This document shows positions 38,401-50,200 of a DNA stretch of 64,000 nucleotides, in pieces. Source of the stretch: Phoronis australis (Eukaryota > Animalia > Phoronida); contig NMRA01000544.1 of the NCBI GenBank assembly GCA_002633005.1, positions 44,479 to 108,478 of the forward strand. Direction: 5' to 3'. The first letter of the stretch is position 1. Each line of letters begins with the position of its first letter. Both the position numbers and the translations under genes were made by a program. The notes below the pieces were generated by a model. That model worked only from the letters and a program-made list of their open reading frames with translations, did not search any database and was not told where the DNA came from.

Positions 38401-41400
38401 ATTTTGAAGTTGTTTAATCATGATATTTAGATTTATGAAGCTTTAAAAAAGAATTTGAGTTATTTTTGTAAATATACCAGACTTGTAATCTCTTGTAACC
38501 ACACCACAGCTTGATGATCATGTTACGTTCAAAATTAAATGAAAGCTACCTTTATGCAATGAAACTACAAAAATTCGAAGTTCATTTGAAGATAGGCCTA
38601 ACCTAAATGTCTTAACGATGCAAATGGCCTATTCCAGGCATTAATTTGACTTAAATGCTACCCTAGACCTACCGGAGATAACTGTTTTCCTAGGACGAGA
38701 TGAGCTATGAACCGGAGTTTTTTTAATCGAAATATTTTGTTACAAGATTAGAAAAGCATAATCAGTGTTATCGACTCGACTTACTCAGAGACTACATAGT
38801 ATGTGTTTTCTATAATGTATGACCTACTTTACTCTGGAGTCCCACCAGCTGTGACCTACTTTTCATTTGGTGAAATTTAGCAGACGACAGAATAAAAACA
38901 TCGGTGAATCTTCACTGATTTTGTTCGAAAGATCCTGAAATCCGTGGAATGTACAGATAATTCGACTTTATGGTACATACCCAGCTTTACATGAACATAG
39001 CGCATCAGTGCCCTTGTCATTTGTCAGGTGAAAGGCCCTTCGGATTTTTGCTGGCTCCTTGAACACGTACTTTTTATCGTCACCTTTACAAATTCCCATA
39101 TCATGAACGTACGATTCTCTGCTGAAAAGCATCGCCTGTAGTCTTTGTCGAATCGTTTTCAAATAGTACAAAAAACACTCATCGATTGCCCCAGAAACGT
39201 CGTTTAGCGACAGTATACTTGCCTCTGACGTCTTGTTCGTTTGTCGGGTATCACGTGACTTTTCGCATGGGACAGAGCTTGCGATAGGTCAAGTGCGTAG
39301 TTCAAAACAATGTGTGTGAACCACAGTCAAACAGGTTTAGATGTTATTTTACATTCGAACTTCTAAAAATCGAATATCCTGTCCATTTGTGTCAGTTTAC
39401 GATATTTCAAATTCTGTCATCCGCAGAATTGACATGTTAGTGGTCAATGGGTATGAAGCCGTGAAGGACGTGTTGGGTACAAGGGGCGCTGACTTTGCGG
39501 GCCGAGCAGGGGCGCTGCAACTAGTTAAAAGATCACAAGAGCACCCGTTCGGTAACTATCACTATCGTAATCGCTACCATCAACATTGACGTCATTGTTA
39601 CTATTAAAATAGATTAATTCGGGTGTGGAATTAAGAATAATTGTGTAGTTGGTCCACATAAAGTTTCTCTACTTTTTAATCCTTGTTCTGTCCAACGCCA
39701 CATTTGCTGGAGGGATACTTTCGACTGTACATTTTTTATTCTCTTGGCAAATGCCAATGACGAAGTTGTTTTTTTTTTTAGAGTTTGGTGGCAAATGGTT
39801 ATCAAGCTCCACGTACGTTTTTACATATAAAAGTGCCATCTTTGAAACGTTGTAAACTGAATAGTCTAATTCACTGATTACTGGATTTTATTTCTTTAGA
39901 ATATTTATCTTTGGTTTATTTAGGTTTGTAGTTGGAAAATAAACAGGGATTAGTAGCCATTGCTTGGAGCTTTGAAGGAAACACCTTGACCCTTGACCCT
40001 TTACATCCGTTATTACGTTAAGTCAGCATTACTCAGCTTCGTTAACGCACAGAATACACAATCATGCACTGCAATCAGTTAAAATGTTCTTTTTGTCCTA
40101 TTAAGGAGTGCTCGATGGCGATTACACTGACCAATGGAAGGAACAGCGGAAGTTCTTGTTACACAACCTCAGAATGTTTGGCTTCGGAAAGCGACGGTTT
40201 GAAGACCACATCTTGGAGGAAATTCAATGTTTTTTGCAGAAAATTGAAAACACTAACTGCCAACCCTTTGAATTTAGACCCTATGCCTCCAACTGTATGT
40301 CTAACGTTATCATTTCGATGATATTTGGTGAGAGATACGACTACGGGGATGAAAACTTCATGTAAGTCATTGCTACTGTACACGGCTCTCCATGGGAGTT
40401 AACTGTATTCTTTCCGTTTCGTTTTCGTAAAAGAAATTCCTGAAACGAAATGGAACGTGAACTAATTTAATCGAAACTATGTCCAAAGAATAATCTTAGA
40501 AAATGTTACCAATTTTCAAAATTAAGGAGGTGCAATGTGGATTTTGATTAAACTGTCATAGTCTGGTTAAGGAGACTCAGTCTACGTCCCAAATTGAAAC
40601 GTAAAGATTTAAACTATACGCAAGCAACATGATGTATAATTACGAAACGTGTTAAGTTCTGCTGCGCCTCCTTTTTCCTTCTACTTCTTTTAATCCCTTT
40701 TCTTCTTCTTCTAATTTTTCTTCTTCACCTCCTTCGTATTCTTGTTGAGCGTAGCGTAAATACAGACGAAAGCCTTCACTTGTCCTTTACATGTCTTCTT
40801 CTCCAAGCATAAAATTTGAACGTCTTACTGCTGTATGGTTGCAGATTTCTATCCGAAACATTTAGAAAGTACGTCATGCTCAGAGCAGAGCCGCCACTTG
40901 CAGAGCTCCACCCAGATTTGACGTGGTGGCCAACCGCTGTACATTATCGTCGAAAAGTTGTCAAATTAACGGATCAACTACTAGGCTTCTTTCAGAAGAA
41001 AATCGACGAGCACTTGCAAACGTTCGACAAAGACAACCTTCGAGACATCATTGATGGCTATATTCTGGAAAACAAACAGGATCCCAATACAAAGTTCTCT
41101 ATTCAGCAACTAAAACATTCTATTTTTGAACTTTTCATTGGCGGTCTAGAAACCTCAACGACATTCATGCAGTGGGCGATGATTTACATGGCCAACCATC
41201 AAGACGTTCAAGACAAGGTGAAAGATGAAATACACTCCGTGTTTGGAAACCAAATACCGTCCTTAATCGATAGACAAAAAATGCCATATACAGAAGCCGT
41301 TCTGATAGAGCTAAAAAGGGTAGCGTCTGTTCTTACTTTAACGCCTTTTCACAAAGCTCTAAAAGACACTGAGGTTTGTGGAGTCCCGGTGGCAAAAGAC

Positions 41401-43481
41401 ACAATGGTGAGTATAACGACCATAGTTGTGAAGCTGATGGATTGTATTCTTTCATACATTTATTTGCAAGAGCTATTAACACGAGCACAAAAAACAACCT
41501 CAGAGTTGCACACGCCAGCGCGGGCAAACACATACTGTCCACATCTATTCCTACTGACACAGAAAACTAAATTCCAAATTATACCTTCTTTCTTCTACAA
41601 AATCTGAATGTTAACGATTGTATTGTCAGCTTTGTAAACTATGATATGGAACTGGGCACAAACAAAGTTGTAATACAAACTGTCAACACTACAGTCCCTG
41701 GCAACAACAATCACTACAAGCACACGTATGACCACCATAACATCGTGACAGGTCAGAGCCGTGAGGAGTGGGGCGAGTTACGTACCCCTAATAACTGTTA
41801 GTCAGAGGCGATATTGACGGGTATATGGAGACTTGGGAAATTTGAGTCGAGCGGAGAATGTTTAAAATGGTGAACGGCAAAGGCTCAAAAGTGGTGGAAA
41901 ATATGGGAGACGACTGCGGGAAAGAATTACATGGGACTATCATTGGCATCACTTCAAAGGAGTTAGCGCCGTCGGAAATACATGAAAGTAAGCTCGTATG
42001 ATTTCAAATGTAGTTTTTTTTAGGATTTTCTTTTGGAGACAGAATTTTCGGTATTTTTCATGCTTTCTCGAGATAGACACTACCAGTGACATATTCCGAT
42101 TTTTGGAAAGTACGCACAGGAGCACATTTTAAGTACTAGAAAATCCCCAAAAGTTATCTTTTGGCTGCGAGCCTGGTAACGTTCTTTGCAAGTCCAGAGT
42201 TGAATTTCAAACTGAATAAAAACAATTTGAGACCAATACCAGAATGACAAATGATTAAAACCAAACTTAAGTTTTTGACAGACAGTGTACTGTTAGCAGC
42301 TTGCTTTTTGAGAGATGATTTTTTTCTTTTCCTTGAACTGTTCTGATATCGCTGATGATCTTTCAGATGTTGTGAAATATTTCAGATTGCTGTGAACCTT
42401 TACTCTGTTCTCCACGATCCCAGCATATTCCCTGACCCTGATGAGTTCCACCCTGAGAGATTCCTCACTAAAGACATGCAATTCATCCGTGACGAGCGCG
42501 TGATTCCGTTTGGACTGGGTAGGTTAAAATCTCCCCTAATAGTGTGTGAAAACGTGGGAAAGTGTGACCCACGTCATGGTGGGTTGGCAATGAAATCTGC
42601 GTTCTGAGCCCTAACCTTTAACGCTTTGTGAAGTTGTCTACTAGTGTCTTACAAGACGAGCCCCATGAAATGGTGATTGAGTTGGCTGCCTAATTGCTGA
42701 TAACGTTTCCATTACCTTACGACGCCAATAAACTCGTATTGTGTCTCGAAGACATTAACTTCTCATTTAGACCTCTTATTGATATAAAAGTGTTCAGTGT
42801 TCTCCTCATGTTCCTAACTTAAATGGGAAGTGATTTTCGGTCTTGTAAAAGAATTGGCAGCGCCTTACTTCACAACATCGTATCCAGCAAATAAAATGAC
42901 ACGTTGTGACAGGTCAGGTAGTGGTAGAGCATAACCCCAAGCATAAACGAGCTTTCAGTTCTGTCCAGCCTAGAGATTAGTAATACTCTTAGGTTGACTA
43001 AGGAACAATTAGAGATAAATTCCGTAACTGTGAGTGGTCTATATCAAAACATGCGGTGGTCGATATTTGAGCTTATAACAGCCTCAGTAGAGGACCCTGT
43101 ATTCACAACAGACACGCCCAGTAGATAGTGTGGTTATATATAGGGTCAAAAATACTATGTAAGCAAACGATTTTCCTCTTGAATAATAGTTCACGGTTTT
43201 GTGTCTATTTTCAATCATTCTGTACATGTAGAAACAGTCACAATGGTCCCGCTTTTTAACTTGGCGGTCTACGTTGTAGTTGTCGTACTGTTCTTTTAGG
43301 TCCCCGCGTGTGTCTTGGACAACAGTTGGCAAAACAGGAGCTGTTTCTTTTCTTTACCAGCATTCTTCACCGCTTTCGGATTACACCGCCGTCTGGCGTC
43401 GACAAAATTTGCGTGACTGGCTTCACTCGCATCTCCTACCACCCCAAGCCGCACATGATTTGCGCAAGGCCGTATTGTTGA
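35218..43481 (+). CDS. Cytochrome P450, clan 2 (CYP2-like), copy C, six exons, 500 aa
   Basis: join(35218-35462,39427-39551,40106-40361,40845-41406,42386-42518,43300-43481). Exon lengths are identical to copy B, all introns are GT-AG, and the motifs are intact (GGLETS, ELKR, FHPERF, FGLGPRVCLG). AATAAA at 43651. Confidence 0.92.
36054..36222. mobile_element. Short hAT-like MITE in CYP copy C intron 1
   Basis: TIRs CATGCGCGCACCCA / TGGGTGCGCGCAT, flanked by CTGTA on both sides. Confidence 0.65.
37655..39290. mobile_element. Non-autonomous TIR element (PIF/Harbinger-like) inserted in copy C intron 1
   Basis: TIRs GACCTATCGC / GCGATAGGTC and subterminal inverted TACCCGACAAAC / GTTTGTCGGGTA. 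Absent from the corresponding site of copy B intron 1. Confidence 0.7.
39427..39551 (+). CDS. CYP copy C exon 2
   Basis: IDMLVVNGYEAVKDVL..RSQEHPF. Confidence 0.9.
40106..40361 (+). CDS. CYP copy C exon 3
   Basis: WKEQRKF..GERYDY. Confidence 0.9.
40845..41406 (+). CDS. CYP copy C exon 4
   Basis: ELFIGGLETS..ELKR. Confidence 0.92.
42386..42518 (+). CDS. CYP copy C exon 5
   Basis: NLYSVLHDP..FHPERF..IPFGL; shortened acceptor. Confidence 0.85.
43300..43481 (+). CDS. CYP copy C exon 6 (heme Cys)
   Basis: GPRVCLGQQLAKQELFLFF...CARPYC*. Confidence 0.9.
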
Positions 43482-45512
43482 ATTATAGTGATGGTATAGC
43501 AAAATGACAGACCGGTTGCCTGAAGTTTTTGTGGAATTAAACTGGTGTCAGGATATTCACGTGATTTTAGAGAAGAGTTTACCACTTCATTAAGGTGAAG
43601 ACAAACTTTGTGCACATCCACACGATACACGTTGTCAATCCATACAATCCAATAAAACCATGCAAATTGAATTACGTAGTGATGAGCATGCGTGTAAACT
43701 GTGGCGCTGCTAGAATTTTCCGGCAAGTACGCATCAACCTAAGTACCAAAAATACATGCAACTTCTCTTGTCTGCGTGAAGAAATCATCGCAACAGGGCT
43801 TAGCATCCTGTTAATGCTGAGTAGCATCCTGCTTGCTGAGTAAAGAAATTTCTCAACTGACATGGATTTTCATTAGTATTCCACCTTTTAAATGAAACAT
43901 TTTGGAACTGATCTTGGAGGTTATCTTTGTTACCTCAAGCGACCTCTCTGGGGAACCAAAAAAGGATCCAGATATTTCTGTCTCACTTCCATGCCCCTGG
44001 CTCGTCCCCAAGCCTCGGGGTGTTTAGCCATTTGAGTCTTGGTTAGGGGAAATCACATGTGTCAGAATTCTGACAAATTTTTACGAAAGTCGCCAGAGTA
44101 TCCCGAGTAACATAAAGTCATATCAACTTTGAATTTTTCGGCAATATACATGTAATACATGACAATTAATCGTGTATTGCAACAATTGAGGTCTAAGTTA
44201 TTATAAAAATGCTGTATTTTGGTTCGAAAACAAATAAATTTTTATGGTACTAACAATAAAGCAAAATCGAAAATAAGATCGCGAACTACCTTTCTTTCAA
44301 ACAATAACCAAAATTGCCTTCTGCCTCAAGAATGGCTGCAACAACGCCTGTGAAAATAATTGAAAATCTGCTTTTGTTTTCATGACGTCAGGGCAGCGTT
44401 CAATCATTGCCTCAAGTGGCTAAACCGATCAGCGCCATTTTGAGGCTTCGGGAAGAGGTTGGTCCATGCCTGAGAAATGTTCTTGCCTGCTGTATGGCGT
44501 GATTTGATGTTTTTCAACAGCTACGCTCAAACAAATCCAGCTTGGTTAGAAAGAAAAGGAAAATCTTGACCAAATTGATCAATAACGGGTGTGAACTTCC
44601 GTCGGTGGTTTTAGTACTGGGGCATATCAGGATTATCCAGGAATGACGTCACTATTTATCGGCAATGTAGGCTCATTCTTTTGCTGTTCAAAAGACAAAC
44701 TGTTCAGCGTTCTTAATGGTCAATGCATGTGACTTCAGAGCAGATCTCTCCTATTGTAGCCGCTTAATGACAGAAATAACTACTTTGCCGACTTGTCAGG
44801 TGAACACCAAAAATTAATTCATCCCATACGCGTTGAATCAGTCGAGTGCAATACGGCCATTTAATGCTTTCCGCGTATTCACCTCCCGCACTACTTCAGT
44901 AGTTACCTCTGACATGGAAAGTTCAAAAGGCAGGTCAATGTCGGCTCGACGTCGTTAGCTGATTCAATCATTAAAATTTCCAAAAATAGTTTAAAGTAAT
45001 ACAATTGCAGCAGTGTAAATAACACTCAACATGCAATCAAGTCCCAGTTGTAATACCTGGAACAGGACTGTTAATTGTATGATAGTTCTGTCGCAGTTTT
45101 CAATTGCTAAATATTATATCGTCTGCAACTCAGGCGCCCATTCCTCTGTAACTACAATATCAAATATTGTTGTTATTTAACTATTTTCAGGAGATGTTAC
45201 AAGTTCAATGCACAATTACCGTTGTTTTCATCTTAGGTATTTCTTTTCAAGTAATAAATCGTTACATTTAAAACTGTTTCTTTTACTAGAGAAAACTTGC
45301 AACCTAACGCGCAAGTACATACATACAGGATGTGATTCGCAACGTGAACAGTCCGAGTGAAGTATTTAAAAAATCTGCCGAAAAATGAAACTTAGGAATT
45401 CGAAGAGTATGGGATAAATACAAAACGTATCTTGATTGGCGTAGATGAAATATTATCCCACTCGACATTATTCTGCGCGGGATATTACTTCATCTACGCC
45501 ACTCTCGTTTTG

Positions 45513-46550
45513 CATAGGCGGATTTAGGGTCGCCCCCCCCCCCCTTTGCTACCGCAAAAAACATAAAACAGTAAGAGCGTAGGGAAATGTTGAGTTTATT
45601 AATTAACCCCGGTAATTAAAATTATACGGATGAAAAAAGATTTAAATGTGTGCAGTTTTAGTGTTGGGGCGGGGGGTGAGGGGGGCTCAAATCCAATTTC
45701 AAGTGTCAAATTCGGAACACTGCGCATTTGTAACGGAACTATGGCTAAGTATAGGCTCTCCCGCGATATCCCAGGCGACCGGCAGTGGCGCTGCGCACTA
45801 CGACTTAATGAGCCATATGCATATGTTATATTTATCTCATTGCTACGACTCCATTTCCGTCGTCTGCTCCACTGTGCAATGAAGAAAATTTACTTCATTT
45901 TTTAAAGAAAATGGAATCTGAGTGACGATGAAAAACATAAGCTGCTGGTAAGATGTGCTTAATCGAAGTCTTAGTGAATCACTCAGAAACTCGCAATACT
46001 CTCTTTGTCAAACCTTATCTTAAGACGATTTCCAAAGCAATCCCCTCATAATTGCCAACACGAAAAACGGATTTGGTCTTTTGGGCATTTGAAGACTATT
46101 TTAAACACGACAAATTTGTTAAGAATTGATGGCACAAAATATAAAACGTGTAATAAGCATTACAAAAAGAATTAGGTTTCGCGCGCAAACGCTGTGGACC
46201 ATAAATAAGTAGGTCTCTTATTAGTAATTAAGTGGTGGTGGTGTAGTGGCAACGCACGCGCGCTCTATCCGCCAGATCTTGAGTTCGAGTCTCAGGTTCT
46301 TGTAATTTTTTTGTTCGACACGTTCTCCGTTTTTTTTGCCATTTTTGTCTTGGATAATACTTCAGAAATCAAGGAAAATGCTTGATTTTTACAGGTAAAA
46401 ACACAAAAATTTCTTGGGCGGAACCCCACTCCCGACCTCCCCCCACTTCGGTGCTATGCGCATCTACAATCGTGGTTCAGTTTGCGCAAATGCTTACAGC
46501 CGGACAAAAAGTTGGGCCGCCCCCGTTCTGATATCCTAGATCCGCCACTG
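45513..46550. mobile_element. hAT-like MITE with 5-bp TSD
   Basis: TIRs CATAGGCGGATTTAG / CTAGATCCGCCACTG flanked by TTTTG on both sides. Confidence 0.75.
46232..46296 (+). pseudogene. tRNA-like head (SINE fragment or tRNA pseudogene) inside the MITE
   Basis: A box TGGTGTAGTGG (46239) and B box GAGTTCGAGTC (46281) at tRNA spacing; no intact acceptor stem. Confidence 0.45.
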
Positions 46551-46623
46551 TTTTGTGTATTTATTTGGCACACAACGATGTGACACGCGTACACATACAT
46601 AAACCCGTAAATGAAATTGGAGT

Positions 46624-47218
46624 AGAGAGGTTTCGCCAAGCGATGTGAACGTGAATTATGACGCATACTTAATTGCACGTGCCGATTTATGTTGCAGTTA
46701 CAAAAATGGGCTTCGCAACAGCTAAATTTTTCGTGATCGTGAAAGTAAACGTGAACTGAATAACTGAGTTCAGGATGTCCAGTTATCGTAGCATATATGT
46801 ATAACTGGACTACCTAGTAATATCCGCTACAGATATACAAGGAAATATAATATGTAGAATGTGAAAAAAATCATTTTTCCTGCGAAAAACTACCAACTCT
46901 TAGAACGCGACATTTATTTGAGATAAATAGATACAAGTAAATTAAGCATGTGAAAAGTTTGACAACACAAAATCATTTCTGTTAAAAATCAATTTTATTT
47001 CGATGATATCCAGCGAACCCCGGCAGAATAAGGATTTGTCTTTCCAAATAAAAATCAATAAGGGTCCACAGGTTTCGGGTCGAATCTCCCTGTATTCGCG
47101 TAAAGTACGCAAATTTTAAATCATTATTGGGATTACGTCTCAGCCAACAATGTCATGTGTGACTCGGAATTATATATGCGTGATAATTCACGTTCACGTT
47201 GCTTTGTGAAACCTCTCT
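46624..47218. mobile_element. MITE with ~35-bp TIRs and 3-bp TSD (PIF/Harbinger-like)
   Basis: AGAGAGGTTTC..GTGAACGTGAATTAT vs ATAATTCACGTTCAC..GAAACCTCTCT, with AGT on both sides. Confidence 0.75.
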
Positions 47219-50200
47219 AGTGCTTAGGCTCCATGTTGAACGTGAAGTGAACGTGTGAGGCCGGCATTTTTCCTTACCACGTCACAGGGTTGACTTACCT
47301 TTTCGTCTTCAGTCTTGTCGCACAAACGGTAACAATGTGAAGACAGCTGATCTCACGTAAGTGCAGAACGTGATTTTTAGTTGACCTTTCATCGTAAAAG
47401 ATCGTTGCATTTATGCAATTTTTTATTATTTTTGGAAAGTTTAGCCATCCAGACGACGGTGTAGCTTAGAGCATGTGTCTCTAAGTAGTAGTCCACGAGA
47501 GCACCAGCCATGAGCGGCAAGGTGGAGGTCAGCAGATTTTCACCAAATTTGGCACGTAGGTAGTCCTATGGAATTTATAAACAGCGGTAAAATATTTCCT
47601 CAAAATATTGCGTTTTTCTAAAGTTACTATATAGGCTCAAACACATTTTACGGCTTCGCAGCCATGTTTTCACAGTATAAAAACTGTCCAGTTTTAACTG
47701 TTCATATTTTTCCTTGAATGAAAGCTATTGATTTATTATTCACTTGGCATTGTTTAGTGGTGCCTGTAGATTGTTACACAGATGTCTTGAAACACGATTC
47801 CGATTTACCACCCTCATTTAGTGATTTTACTACACTGCCCCCCGTTATGTCATTTTGAGGTTGTGTTCAGTACACTGCTGTACCAAATCTTCCCCCACTG
47901 TTATGAGAATGAAACTTACCCAAAATGTTGACAAAACATGTTACTTTCATTTCGTAAAATAAAAACTTTGTCAGCCAGTTTATTAGTTATATATTTTGGC
48001 ACCTCAAATGTACTAAAATGAGAGATTTTCATATATTTGAGATCGATGCGTGAGCACCGTAAAATCCGATTGTCCTTCATGTTTTTTCCTGAATGTTTTG
48101 AACGTTTTACTACTGATCACTTAGGGCTATAGTACCCCTAAATACCATACATGGCTTATTTTGTAAAAAGCCGATTATCTTCTCCACAGTGAACAGGGTT
48201 AGACATGAACTCAACAAATGTAGGTTATTTTGATTTACAGTAACTGTTGTTTTACTTTGCAATTTCCTCATGGATATTTCTTCACACATATTCAAGTCAC
48301 ATTTTCTGTTGATCAAATGTTCATGCAATGCATTGTAATATCAAATTAATGATCAGTTTGGTTGCATGACCGCTATTTTTCCCACGACTTAAAACAAAAG
48401 ACCGCAGAAATTTTCCTGACGAAATACCGGGTTTGCAGTTCTGTACAAACATTCGAATGACACGACAAACTCCACCACTGTCCATGGCAACTCGTCGCAT
48501 GTTTTTCGCCCATCGGTCCAATCATTGTTTTCCTTTGTTGTGTCACTGTTGGATGTAACAACACAGGTCGCATGGATATAGAACCTTGCGTACATCAGAC
48601 CGTTGCCGATAAGTGCTGGTCATTATATCTTTATTATAACAACGGAAACAATGAAGATGCTAATCTATTGTTCTCTATGCGACCAGGTTTCCCGTGGATG
48701 CCCACATAAATGTAAGAGGAATCCCAAAGTATCCACAAACAATGACCACGCACCTTAGTAACTATTACCGCGCACACGAATCCTTTCCGTGGATCCTAAA
48801 CACCAAATTTTTATATCCGTGTATTGTGTTACATTGCTCATGGTACGGGTTCAGACTCTGTTGTATTAAGATTCCAATCCCCAACCCTGTAATATGTAGT
48901 TTGAGTACAATTTCTAGACAATGCAGGTTTATGGATTTATTCTCCTTCAAATGAAGAGTAAAAATCAAATTCTGCACAGATCACACATCTAAAAAATAAA
49001 ACAATGTTTGACAATTTTATTCATTATCTTATTTGAAAATTGCCTACCTCGCAGACAACTCATCTAAGTTGAAAATATTCCTTGTAAAAAAATAAAAAAT
49101 ACCAACCACAAACTTCTGTACTACAAAATATGTTTTCGTAATACAATGCAAAGATAACTGTAGAGTCAAAAGTGCAAATGTTATGACTCTAATAAAAAAT
49201 TGCCTTCTAGATCTTTTCAACACTCTAATTGCTACAGGACAGAGTCAACCACACAAAGCTCAAAAAGTCAGGGAATTACATTAAAGGTGATGTAGTCTCA
49301 CTGCGAAAAAGTGATTTCGCAACATCGCTGACAACACTGGAAATCTCTTCTTCACAAACTTGAGGTAGCTGTATTTATCACATCAATGTTCTTATCAAAA
49401 CTAACCACCACAAAATGAAAAATAGGCTTGTCGGTTCCAATTAGGCAGCATTTTACAATGAAATGGTCATGAAAAAATACTTTTGCAATATGGTTTGCAT
49501 TACAATTGCCCTACGATTACAGTTGTACATACATACTAGACCAGTAACAGAACTACCCATGGGAACCATAAATGGTCAATTCGCCAAAAAAACAAGGAGC
49601 CACCAGAGCTAATGTGCCAATACTTTTCAGTACTGCAACAAAAAATCATAAACTCGCCTAAAATCACATAAAACAACTTTTGATTTAGACATTTTACCAT
49701 CACGAAATACAACTGTAGGTATTACTTCCAGGTCACTTTTGAGCAATTTCAGAACTTTAAAAGATCTGGCAATATGCAATTGCTAGAGACCAGACTAATA
49801 GTGTACGATTTCATACACACAGCATGGTCTCAACGAATAGCAAGCTGTCAATTCGCTACAATTCCAGAAATCACTTCCCATCTGGATAAGGAACAAACTG
49901 AGCAAAGTTTATAGAGGTAAATTGTCTAAATCAAAACTTATTACCTCCTGGACAGAATGGGTTTGCAACCCAGGTAGAAAGATAAGTTAACGAAACCAGC
50001 CTAACTGCAACAGGGTCTCAAATTTAAGTAATATATACCCATTTACAAACAAAAATCTATAATGGTAAATAAAATGCGGAAACATAAATTCAGATCAATT
50101 ACGCATCTTCAAGGAAAAGGAATAGTACAGTGGTCAGAAATCATCTAAATGTGATGGCGACACTGAGAAATCCTGTCAGACCAAAAAAGTCCAGTGGGTT

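Noticed and set aside
47486-48350. TAGTCCA start resembling an Academ left end
   Set aside because: No matching right end or TSD found by eye.
49281-49400. TTAA|AGG Kolobok-like end, and piggyBac-like ends at ~28620 and ~50200
   Set aside because: Partner termini were not located, so elements cannot be delimited.
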